From an uncultured Myxococcales bacterium (GTDB taxonomy: Bacteria > Myxococcota_A > UBA9042 > DTJE01), in contig CALJUR010000108.1 in the NCBI GenBank assembly GCA_937975765.1, forward strand, positions 1,574 to 65,573: a stretch of 64,000 bases of DNA, written 5' to 3'. Positions 1-8,123 of this stretch are shown one piece after another. The notes below the pieces were generated by a model. That model was not told the origin of the DNA. It made no database searches and saw only the letters and a list, made by a program, of their open reading frames with translations. The position numbers and the translations under genes were made by a program. Position 1 is the first letter of the stretch. The number at the start of each line of letters is the position of its first letter.

Positions 1-219
1 TTACAAGCGAATCGAGGAAGAGACATGACAACGGATCTGCCGGATGACGACCGCATGACCGTCCGGTGTCTCGCCATCCTGGAAACAGTTCCAGAAGCCG
101 ACGGCAAGCGGGACGGTACGCGCAACGACCCGTCGCCACGCCCGGCATCCGTCCAGCCTCCTCGACGCCCGGCCCTGCATTCCGGTATCCTCGCGGCCGG
201 TGGGTTCCGGAGGGACGCG

Positions 220-1488
220 ATGCGGCGCGATGGCGGGTTCCTGGCGGCGTTCCTGGCGATGGCGATCGGGGGGATGGCGGCCCTTGCAGGCTGCGGCGGC
301 GACGGCGGGTCGGGGCCGGCGAACGATGCCGTCGTCGACACGCCCGATGCCGCGGCCGAGGTCGCGACCGACGCCCTCCCCGACGCGGCCGAGGAGGTCG
401 CCTCCGACGTCCCGCACGAGCTCCCCCCGGCGGGCCCGGTGTTCGAGAAGGGGCTGGTCCTGCCGCTGGACTCGATCCCCTGCACCGCGAAGGACGGCCT
501 GCCCACGAACGCCTGCAACCACCATGGCTCGTCGGTGGCGGTGCAGGCCGACGGCACGGTGCTGGTCGCCTGGTACACCGGCCTGGGCGAGTACTCGATG
601 GACTCCCGCATCGTGTGGGCCCGCAAGGCGCCCGGCGAGGAGGCGTTCGGGGAATGGAGCGTGCTGTACGACGAACAGACCGTTCCCGAGGGCAACCCCG
701 TGCTGCACGTGGACGACCGCACCGGCGACCTGTGGCTGTTCTATGTCAAGGTGGATGGCACCAGCTGGAACGACGGCCTGATCCGCCTGATTCGCAGCAC
801 CGACGGCGGCGCGCACTGGAGCCCGCCGCAGACCCTGCGGTCGGAAAGGAACTGGATGACCCGGAACCACCCGATCCGGCTGCCCTCGGGCGAGATGCTG
901 CTGCCCTGCTACAACGAGACGTTCTATGTCCCGACGTTCCTGATCAGCCAGGACGACTTCCAGTCGCGGTGGGAGGAGGTGTCGCCGCCCGAGGAGACGC
1001 TGCTGCTGTACCTCGGCCAGATCCAGCCGACCGTGATCCTGCGCGACGACGACAGCCTGTTCGCGCTGATGCGCAACAGCGACGGCCCGCACCCTGGCCA
1101 CGCGATCCAGTCGATCTCGACCGACGACGGGCGTACCTGGACCGAGGGCGCCGCCAATCCCCTGCCCAACCCCGGCGCGGCGATGGAGATGGTCCGGATG
1201 CCGTCGGGCGCGGTGATGGCCACGTTCAACAACCACCCGGAGGCCCGGCTGCCGCTGGCGGTGGCGCTGTCCGACGACCAGGGCGCCACCTGGAGCGCCG
1301 TCGCGAACGTCGTGGAGGCCTGCGAGTCCGGCGAGTGCTCGTACCCGTCGATCGCGGTGGACCCGACCGACGGCACCGCCTGGGTCACCTACACGCACGC
1401 GCGGCGCTCGATCGGCTGGGTGCACGTCAGCGAGGCGTGGGTGCGCGCCAAGGGGGACGCGCTGGCCGCGATCCCGAACTCGTTCTGA
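220..1488 (+). CDS. BNR/Asp-box repeat glycosyl hydrolase-like (sialidase-like) lipoprotein
   Basis: ATG at 220 preceded by GGAGGGA. Lipobox in MRRDGGFLAAFLAMAIGGMAALAGCGG. Three SxDxGxTW Asp-box motifs (STDGGAHWS, STDDGRTWT, SDDQGATWS). The ORF track's earlier start at 25 lacks a signal peptide. Confidence 0.6.
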   Translation: MRRDGGFLAAFLAMAIGGMAALAGCGGDGGSGPANDAVVDTPDAAAEVATDALPDAAEEVASDVPHELPPAGPVFEKGLVLPLDSIPCTAKDGLPTNACNHHGSSVAVQADGTVLVAWYTGLGEYSMDSRIVWARKAPGEEAFGEWSVLYDEQTVPEGNPVLHVDDRTGDLWLFYVKVDGTSWNDGLIRLIRSTDGGAHWSPPQTLRSERNWMTRNHPIRLPSGEMLLPCYNETFYVPTFLISQDDFQSRWEEVSPPEETLLLYLGQIQPTVILRDDDSLFALMRNSDGPHPGHAIQSISTDDGRTWTEGAANPLPNPGAAMEMVRMPSGAVMATFNNHPEARLPLAVALSDDQGATWSAVANVVEACESGECSYPSIAVDPTDGTAWVTYTHARRSIGWVHVSEAWVRAKGDALAAIPNSF

Positions 1489-1525
1489 CACGCCGCCGGC
1501 GGGGTCCTTCGGGTCCGTCCCGGTC

Positions 1526-2029
1526 CTACCGGCTGCCGCGCTGCACCATCAGGTCCAGATCCTCGCGCAGGCTCTGCAGATCCTCCTCGTGCTCGACTTC
1601 CTGTTCGAGGATCGTCAGCGCCAGGTTGTACGTCACCATGTCCTTGCCCTGGGTGAAGTCCATCAAGGCCTTGTAGGTGTCGATGGCGCACTGCTCGCCG
1701 GCGATGTTCTGGTCCAGCAGCACCGCGACGTACGGGTCCTCCGGGGCGTCGTACGCGCACGGGCTCTGCGCCAGCCACCCGGTGGGGGTCAGGACCGGCG
1801 TGCCGCCCAGCTGGATGATGCGGCCGGCCAGCAGCACCGCGTGGTTCATCTCCTCGGTGGCGTGCAGGGTCAGTTCGGCCGCCACGGCATCCTTCATCGG
1901 CCCCTTGATGACCCTCGCCCCCAGCCAGTACTGGTAGTGGGCCAGCCACTCGCTGGCATACGCCGCGTTCAGCCGCTTCAGCAGTTCGTCCACGTCGATC
2001 CCGACGATCTCCCTTCCGCGCGTTCCCAT
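1526..2029 (-). CDS. bacterioferritin/ferritin-like diiron protein (167 aa)
   Basis: Ferritin-like helices: YQYWLGARV in the N-terminal part and TEEMNHAVLLAGRIIQLGG as the EExxH iron-site helix. Start codon at 2027-2029 with GGGAGGA 5 nt upstream. The upstream 1526..3526 ORF extension is an artefact. Confidence 0.6.
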   Translation of the reverse strand: MGTRGREIVGIDVDELLKRLNAAYASEWLAHYQYWLGARVIKGPMKDAVAAELTLHATEEMNHAVLLAGRIIQLGGTPVLTPTGWLAQSPCAYDAPEDPYVAVLLDQNIAGEQCAIDTYKALMDFTQGKDMVTYNLALTILEQEVEHEEDLQSLREDLDLMVQRGSR

Positions 2030-2043
2030 GGCATCCTCCCGTT

Positions 2044-3477
2044 TCAGCGCCCCGTGGCCGCCTTCCCCTTCCGTCCCGTCTTCGGGTCGGACCCGTATCC
2101 TAGCGCCTTCCAGTCCATCCGGATCCCCCCGTCGTGGCAGTCGGCACATTTCAGCGCATTCTCCTTCGGCACCACGCCGTGGAAGATGCCCATCATCCGC
2201 TCGGTCTCGACCCAGCCGATGTCCTGCACCTCGTGACCGGTCCATTCCTTCGCACCCGCCCGGACCGCCGCCATCGCATCGCCGGTCTTGAATGCCATGC
2301 CCACCTTGATGGGCAGCAGCTTCCGGGTGGCCGGGTCGAAGGGCAGGCGAGCCGTGTGGCGCTTGAAGGGGAAGATCCGCGCCGCGGGGTCCTTCCGGCT
2401 GCCCTCGGGGGTGTAAAGACGGACCCGCTCCCCGGGCCCGGTGTCCGGCAGGGGCTCGTCCAGCAGCACGATGCGGCCCCGACCGTTCCACCACGCGTAG
2501 GCCGGGGTCACGTCCTTCGCGAAGGTGATGGCAGGCTCGAAGCGGCCCTCGCCCTCGACGGGCTCGGTGCGGCTCCAGTCGCGATGCATGCCGGTAGCGT
2601 CCTTCCTCGCGAAGGTCGGAACGTGGCAGGTGGTGCAGTCGATGCGCCGGGCGTGCCGATCCAGATCCTCCCGGGCATGGATGGCCCCCCGGTGGCACCC
2701 CTCGCAGGCGGGCCGCTTCCCCTCCGGACGGTCGCTGCCGGCCATCTGGGTCCCGCTGCCCAGCACCTGGTGCCGTTCGAACTTGTGGCACTGGGTGCAG
2801 CTCATTCCGCTGCCCAGGTGCACATCGAAGTCCCTGCGGGCGCGGAAGAGCCCCGTTTCCAGGTCGCCCCGCTTGAAGTTCAGGCCGCCGCCGGCCCCCA
2901 CGTGGCACCGCAGACACGCCGCGTTCCCCGGCGAGACGGGGTGCTGGGCGATGTTCCGCATGGCCTCGGGGTTCTGCAGGGCAACGGGCTCCCAGCGCAG
3001 GGAACCGTCCTCCCGCTTCACCACGTGGCGGCGGTAGTTGTCGCTGTGGCAGACCAGGCAGTCGATGTTCTCCAGCTGCTCGCGGCTCTCCTGGGCGGCG
3101 GGCTTCAGGCCCAGTCCCGCGTGGCATTTCGAACAGCCGTTGGCGATGACCTTCCCCTCGTCGTTCTTGAGGATGGCGATCCAGGAGATCGACGGGTTGG
3201 TGCAGAAGTCGTTGGTGGAGTTGATCTTCCCGATCTTCCGCCCCCCGGCGTTGGTCACGTCGGGGGCGTCGCCGCTCCACTGGTAGTGCAGGGATCGAAA
3301 GACGTCCCGGGCCTCGTCCTCGTGGCACTCCAGGCACGTCCGGGTCCCCTCGAACTTCGGCACGTACTCCCGGTGGGGGTCTTCCCACAGCACCCCCTCG
3401 CCCCCCGACTGGGCAAGGGCCAGGACAGGCAACCACACGATGGTCCAGGCAAGGACCGGCAGGATGCGGGGCTTCAT
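2044..3477 (-). CDS. octaheme c-type cytochrome (8 CXXCH; tetrathionate/nitrite-reductase-like octaheme family), secreted
   Basis: Signal peptide MKPRILPVLAWTIVWLPVLALAQS. Eight CXXCH motifs: CLECH, CSKCH, CLVCH, CLRCH, CTQCH, CEGCH, CTTCH, CADCH. AAGGAGG RBS. 477 aa. Confidence 0.8.
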   Translation of the reverse strand: MKPRILPVLAWTIVWLPVLALAQSGGEGVLWEDPHREYVPKFEGTRTCLECHEDEARDVFRSLHYQWSGDAPDVTNAGGRKIGKINSTNDFCTNPSISWIAILKNDEGKVIANGCSKCHAGLGLKPAAQESREQLENIDCLVCHSDNYRRHVVKREDGSLRWEPVALQNPEAMRNIAQHPVSPGNAACLRCHVGAGGGLNFKRGDLETGLFRARRDFDVHLGSGMSCTQCHKFERHQVLGSGTQMAGSDRPEGKRPACEGCHRGAIHAREDLDRHARRIDCTTCHVPTFARKDATGMHRDWSRTEPVEGEGRFEPAITFAKDVTPAYAWWNGRGRIVLLDEPLPDTGPGERVRLYTPEGSRKDPAARIFPFKRHTARLPFDPATRKLLPIKVGMAFKTGDAMAAVRAGAKEWTGHEVQDIGWVETERMMGIFHGVVPKENALKCADCHDGGIRMDWKALGYGSDPKTGRKGKAATGR

Positions 3478-3566
3478 GCGACCTCCTTCTTCGGACAACG
3501 GCGACCCGTGAGGTGCATGATAGCATATGCCCGGAATGCGGAGTCCCCCGTTGCGGGATCGGGGGG

Positions 3567-4961
3567 TCACTGCTGGGCGCGGGAGCGCCATGCCTCCAGG
3601 GCGGCCCGGTTGGATGCGCCGTCGGGGGAACTCCACGGGTCGAAGCCCTGGTCGGCGACCCCCAGCGCCGCCATCAGGGCGTGCAGCGCCTCGTCCCGGA
3701 ACAGGGGCGGCGTCGCCGGGTCGGACATCAGGCCCAGCAGCCGGGCCGTCCCGTCGGCCCGCGCCAGTTCCAGCAGGCGCTCGGCCGCGACGAACCGGAC
3801 CTCGACGTCGGTGGCGGCGTCGGCCAGCCGCGCCAGGTCCCCGGCCGATTCCACCCCCCGCATCGCCCGGCGCTTCTCCACCAGGTCCAGGCCCGACAGG
3901 CGCTCGGTCAGCCCTGCCAGGCCGCCGGCATCCCCGGATACGCCGGCCTCCCCGGGTGCGCCCCCCTCGACCGGCGCGGCATGCCCGCGGGCATGGGCTT
4001 CCGAATCCGCGGCCCGTTCGTGCTCGGGCCCCTGGGCCAGGGCCGGGACGCCCGCCATGAAGCGGCCCGCCCCGGCGAATGCCAGGCCCAGGACGACCAC
4101 GACGGCGGCGCCCGCCACCACGTGGCCCAGCGCGCGCAGCCTTTCGGGGGCGCGGATCACGTACACCGCCAGCGCCGCCAGCAGCAGGGCCAGGCCGTAG
4201 AAGGCCACGACCGTGGGCCCGCTGGGCAGGTCGCCCCAGTAGCTGAACGCCAGCCCGATCACCGAGACGGCGGTCCCGACGACCCATCCGATGGCCAGTT
4301 GCAGCCCCATCCGGTCCGTCAGCATCACGCCCAGGATGGCCGGGACCACCAGGAACACGAAGACCAGCAGGACGCCGGCCGTCTGGACCGAGTGGGTGAT
4401 GACCAGGCCGAACAGCAGGTAGAACAGGAAGTCCCACCATCGCACCCGCAGGCCCTGGCGGCGCGCCTCCTCCGGGTCCTCGGAGATCAGGCGGAACGGC
4501 TTGCGGAACAGGAAGTGCAGGGCCCCCACCACGGCGTATGCGGCCGCGGCCTTCCAGACGTCCTCGGCGGTCACCCACAGCAGCGAGCCCGTCGAGATGT
4601 TCTGGATGTGCTCGGCTCCGTGCGGAGCCCCGTACACCGCCAGGATCCCCACCGACGCCGCCAGCGCGTACGACAGGCCGATGACGGCCTCCTGGGGCAC
4701 CCGGTCCTTGCGCAGGCGGGTCAGCGAGAAGACCGCCGCCCCCAGGAACGTGAAGGCCAGCGAGAACAGGTAGGCGCCCGTCGAGTGGGGGTTCAGGCCG
4801 AACAGGAACGCCACCGTGGTGCCCAACGCCGCCACCTGGGCCAGGGCGAGGTCCACGAAGATCACCCGCCGCCGGATCACGTGGAGTCCCAGGTACGAGT
4901 GGATGCCCACCAGGACCAGGCACTCCAGGAACGGCAGCGCCATCAGGCTGACGGCGTTCAC
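3567..4961 (-). CDS. metal ABC transporter permease (ZnuB/MntB/TroD, ABC-3 family) fused to a ~190-aa C-terminal soluble helical extension
   Basis: Polytopic N-terminal 270 aa typical of ABC-3 permeases (LALAQVAALGTTVAF..., GLSYALAASVGIL). GTG start overlaps the binding-protein stop (GTGA). An alternative ATG at 4943 is possible. Confidence 0.7.
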   Translation of the reverse strand: MNAVSLMALPFLECLVLVGIHSYLGLHVIRRRVIFVDLALAQVAALGTTVAFLFGLNPHSTGAYLFSLAFTFLGAAVFSLTRLRKDRVPQEAVIGLSYALAASVGILAVYGAPHGAEHIQNISTGSLLWVTAEDVWKAAAAYAVVGALHFLFRKPFRLISEDPEEARRQGLRVRWWDFLFYLLFGLVITHSVQTAGVLLVFVFLVVPAILGVMLTDRMGLQLAIGWVVGTAVSVIGLAFSYWGDLPSGPTVVAFYGLALLLAALAVYVIRAPERLRALGHVVAGAAVVVVLGLAFAGAGRFMAGVPALAQGPEHERAADSEAHARGHAAPVEGGAPGEAGVSGDAGGLAGLTERLSGLDLVEKRRAMRGVESAGDLARLADAATDVEVRFVAAERLLELARADGTARLLGLMSDPATPPLFRDEALHALMAALGVADQGFDPWSSPDGASNRAALEAWRSRAQQ

Positions 4962-6040
4962 TGCGAAACCTCCTTCGCGGCCCGATCCGCCGCTGCGAAC
5001 CCGTCGGCCAGGTGGCGGATCCAGTAGTCCACCAGGGCGAAGTAGTCATCGACCCCCGGCACGCCGGCCACGGACATGGGAACGATGACCGGGGTCGCCC
5101 CGACGGCGGCCGCGATGTGGCGAACCTTGTCCTCGTCGAAGTAGTTGGCGGCCAGGATCACCGGGACGCGCCGCTCCTTCATCAGCCGGATCAGGTCCTC
5201 GACGTGCTTCGGCGAGGGCGGGATCCCGGGCTTGGGCTCGACCTCGCCCAGGACCTCGACGCCGAAGACCCGCGCGAAGTAGATCCAGTTCTTGTGGTAG
5301 GTGACCAGCGAGCGGCCCCGGAAGGCCAGCGCCTGCTTCATCCAGCCGCCCAGCAGGTCCAGCATCGGGCGCCCCTGCACCGTCCGCGACGACAGGAAGG
5401 AGACCAGGTTGCCCGACTCGGCCAGTCGCTCCAGGGTGTCGCTGCCCAGCAGCGGCAGCAGGTCCGGACCGAACATGCGGCGGTCGATCTCGGCGGCGAA
5501 GGCCCGGGCCCGCTCCCGGTAATCGGCGGCGTGCGCGGCGTCCACCTTCGACAGGCCGGTCGCCAGGTTCCGGGCAACGATCTTCATGTTCAGCGGGTTC
5601 GTGTGGATGTGGGGGTTGCCGTAGATGTGCACCCCCCCCTGCCCGCGGTCCTTGATCTCGGGAATCTCCAGCAGCCGTACCCCGGCCGACACGGACACGT
5701 ACCCCTCCTGGCCCTCCATCACCCTGGGATTGGCCGCCTTGTCCAGCACCGACGGCGCCCACATTTCCAGGTCCAGGCCGGTGGTCACGAACAGGTCCGC
5801 CCGGCTGACCCAGATGGCGAAACTGGGCTTGGGCTTCACGAAATGGGCGTCCTGGTCGCCCTCGCAGATGGCCTTCACGTCCACCCGGTCGCCCCCGACG
5901 GCCCGGGCCACGGCGGCGTAGTCGGTCAGGGTGGTCACGACCTGGATCCGGCGCCCCTCGGCGCGGGCGTCCCCGGGCCCCGCGGCCAGGAATCCGGCCA
6001 CGGCCAGCGCCGCGACCCCGATGACAGCGTGCATCCTCAT
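4958..6040 (-). CDS. metal (Zn/Mn) ABC transporter substrate-binding protein, ZnuA/TroA family
   Basis: Signal peptide MRMHAVIGVAALAVAGFLAAG. TroA-fold hallmarks (HIYGNPHIHTNP, VTYHKNWIYFARVFG, ANYFDEDKV). GGAGGGAG RBS. Confidence 0.8.
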   Translation of the reverse strand: MRMHAVIGVAALAVAGFLAAGPGDARAEGRRIQVVTTLTDYAAVARAVGGDRVDVKAICEGDQDAHFVKPKPSFAIWVSRADLFVTTGLDLEMWAPSVLDKAANPRVMEGQEGYVSVSAGVRLLEIPEIKDRGQGGVHIYGNPHIHTNPLNMKIVARNLATGLSKVDAAHAADYRERARAFAAEIDRRMFGPDLLPLLGSDTLERLAESGNLVSFLSSRTVQGRPMLDLLGGWMKQALAFRGRSLVTYHKNWIYFARVFGVEVLGEVEPKPGIPPSPKHVEDLIRLMKERRVPVILAANYFDEDKVRHIAAAVGATPVIVPMSVAGVPGVDDYFALVDYWIRHLADGFAAADRAAKEVSQ

Positions 6041-6089
6041 GGCTCCCTCCTTCGTGCGCGGCCGGGAGCGTCCCCGGCCCGCCCCGCGA

Positions 6090-7520
6090 TCAGTACCGGT
6101 CGTGCTTGTGCGGCCCGGCGGCGAACACCACCTGCAGCAGGACCCGGTGGTCCCGCGGCCTCAAGTCGCCGTCCAGCAGGTCGTACTCCAGGTGCAGGCG
6201 CACGAACTCGCTGGGCTTGTAGTTGACGTAGGGCGCCACCTGCCACAGGTAGTGGCCCTGGTTGTCGGTGTCGAAGGGCTGGGTCAGGTCGCCCTGGATG
6301 CCCAGCATCCACCCCTGCCACACCTTCACGTCCAGCGAGGTGTAGCCGCCCATCCAGTGGATCGGTGCCTTGTTCAGCACCTCCTTGTACCCGTAAAGGA
6401 ACTCGGTCCGCCAGGTGACGCCCGCGTAGTGCGATCGGTTCGCGGGCTCCCAGGACAGCGTCAGGTCGGCGCCCCCGAAGGCCGTGTAGCGCAGGGCCTG
6501 ATCGGCAGGGGTCGCGGCCGGCTTTGCCGTCACCTGGACCGGGTTGCCGTCCTTGTCGTAGAACTCGATCTTCTTCCCGGTCGAGTCGTACACGTCCATC
6601 ACCGCGGCCGTGGCGGTCCGGCCCCGGCCGTGGTTGAACCCCAGGACCCCGGTCAGGCCCAGGTCCAGGTAGGTGTCGCGGTTCAGGTCCCAGTAGTTGC
6701 GCAGGCGCAGCAGGAAGGTCGGGATGCTGAAGAAGCTGCCCGAGAAGGCCCGGGCGTTCTCGCCGTTGGTGACCTGCAGCGTGACGGTCTCCTCGTGGGC
6801 CCACAGCGGCGGCAGCAGGACGTCCAGGGCGACGCCGGTCTGGTTCAGCCCGCCGGCGCCGAAGGGCTCCTGCAGCATCAGCGGGAAGTCGAACTGGTCC
6901 AGCGCGTGCTTGTGCCACCGGTTGACCACGCCCAGCTGCTGCCGGAAGCGGCCGGCGGTCAGGTTCACGCGGGGCAGCACGCTGGTCCAGGTGATGTAGG
7001 CCTCCCCGAACGAGAAGCCCTCGGGGGACATCGAGACGGCCACCTTGAAGAACGAGAAGGGGTCCAGGTTGGCCTGCAGGTGGAGTCCCACCCCGCGGAA
7101 GAAGATCCCCGAGCGCGTCGCGCCGACGTAATCGGCGCCGCTGCGGGTCAGCGCCCGGGCGTACTCCTTCCCGTCGCGGTTCACGTACTGGGCATAGATG
7201 TCGCCCGTGATGCTCAACTCGGGGTTCAGGGCCTGCAGGGCCCGTTCGCCTCCCTGGAAGACCCGCGGGCCGGTGTCGCCCTGGGGGCCCTCCTGGCGGG
7301 CGGCCGCGGCGGCGGCCTGGCGAAGGTCCTCCAGTTCCCGGGCCTCCTTCCAGGCCTTCAGTTCGTCGATCTGCTGCTGCAGCGAACGCAGGACGTCGGT
7401 ATCCAGGGCCGGGGCCGCGGGGGCCGCCGGTGCGGACGGGGGATTCTGCTGGGCCAAGGCGGCGGAGGCCGCCAGCGTGGCGACGGCCAGGACCGTCGCG
7501 CGTGACAGGAACGCGTGCAT
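6090..7520 (-). CDS. outer-membrane beta-barrel / porin-like protein with N-terminal coiled coil
   Basis: Signal peptide MHAFLSRATVLAVATLAASAALAQQ. Alternating amphipathic strands and aromatic-rich segments. Sits directly upstream of znuA-like gene. GGGAGGTAG RBS. Confidence 0.5.
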   Translation of the reverse strand: MHAFLSRATVLAVATLAASAALAQQNPPSAPAAPAAPALDTDVLRSLQQQIDELKAWKEARELEDLRQAAAAAARQEGPQGDTGPRVFQGGERALQALNPELSITGDIYAQYVNRDGKEYARALTRSGADYVGATRSGIFFRGVGLHLQANLDPFSFFKVAVSMSPEGFSFGEAYITWTSVLPRVNLTAGRFRQQLGVVNRWHKHALDQFDFPLMLQEPFGAGGLNQTGVALDVLLPPLWAHEETVTLQVTNGENARAFSGSFFSIPTFLLRLRNYWDLNRDTYLDLGLTGVLGFNHGRGRTATAAVMDVYDSTGKKIEFYDKDGNPVQVTAKPAATPADQALRYTAFGGADLTLSWEPANRSHYAGVTWRTEFLYGYKEVLNKAPIHWMGGYTSLDVKVWQGWMLGIQGDLTQPFDTDNQGHYLWQVAPYVNYKPSEFVRLHLEYDLLDGDLRPRDHRVLLQVVFAAGPHKHDRY

Positions 7521-7605
7521 GTCGCTACCTCCCGGCAGGGATTCCTCGGGGGCCCGTGCCGGGTGCCCGGTCCTTCCGGCACCCGCGTCGCGAACCCGGA
7601 TCGTA

Positions 7606-8031
7606 TCAGGCAGGAACCGGCCGGGTGGGGGGCGAGGCCTTCGGAGCGAGGTGCAGCCCCGGAATGCCGGGCACGTCGAGGGAGCGGGGGAAGAACCGCG
7701 GCAGCAGGGCGACGCAACCCGCCACGATCAGCGGCGGCGGGGCCGTCACGACCTCGACCGGGGCCTGCGCGAAGGCCATGACCGGGCAGCGGTGGTGTTC
7801 GCCCCCCCGGGGGTCCGCGGGAACGCCGTCCGGTTCGCCGGGATGCCGGTGCCCCGCGGCGGGCGGGGGCCGGGCCGGGTCGTCGTCCCCCTCGAACGCG
7901 CCGTGCCGCGCGCAGTACCGGTGCGGGAAGACCGCCAGGTGGACGAAGGCCGAGACCTGGGACACCAGCAGGTTCGCGGCAAACGCGACCGCCAGCCAGC
8001 GCAGCGTCCTCGACCCGGAACGACCGCCCAC
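7606..8031 (-). CDS. possible small two-TM membrane protein (141 aa, GTG start); weak call
   Basis: GC3-rich frame with two hydrophobic helices (LRWLAVAFAANLLVSQVSAFVHLAVF; LIVAGCVALLPRFF). Lies just downstream (minus sense) of conserved-element copy 1. Start uncertain and no homology recognised. Confidence 0.2.
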   Translation of the reverse strand: MGGRSGSRTLRWLAVAFAANLLVSQVSAFVHLAVFPHRYCARHGAFEGDDDPARPPPAAGHRHPGEPDGVPADPRGGEHHRCPVMAFAQAPVEVVTAPPPLIVAGCVALLPRFFPRSLDVPGIPGLHLAPKASPPTRPVPA

Positions 8032-8044
8032 GTTCCCTCGCACC

Positions 8045-8094
8045 CCCGGGGGAATGGGGGAATATTGGGCAAATGCGCAGAATCCGTCAAGGAG
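8045..8094. promoter_or_regulatory. conserved ~50-nt non-coding element, copy 1 (CCCGGG-GAATGGGGGAAT-ATTGGGCAAATGCGCAGAATCCGTCAAGGAG)
   Basis: About 80% identical to 19359..19412, including the identical core TGGGCAAATGCRCAGAATCCGTCARGA. Intergenic. Confidence 0.35.
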
Positions 8095-8123
8095 AAAAGG
8101 CGGGTGCCCGCGGGCCGGACCGG

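Noticed and set aside
1-1491. 496-aa minus-strand ORF covering the BNR-protein gene
   Set aside because: Arg/Gly/His-rich low-complexity translation antisense to a gene with clear Asp-box motifs. Composition artefact of 72% GC DNA.
1489-1525. CCGCCGGCGG palindrome between convergent BNR and bfr genes as terminator
   Set aside because: Stem too short with no loop and no U-tract. A common GC-rich palindrome.
3478-3566. GCATGATAGCATATGC stretch upstream of the cytochrome gene as a Fur box
   Set aside because: Only loose resemblance to GATAATGATAATCATTATC. Could be a -10 region. Not callable without a genome-specific Fur motif.
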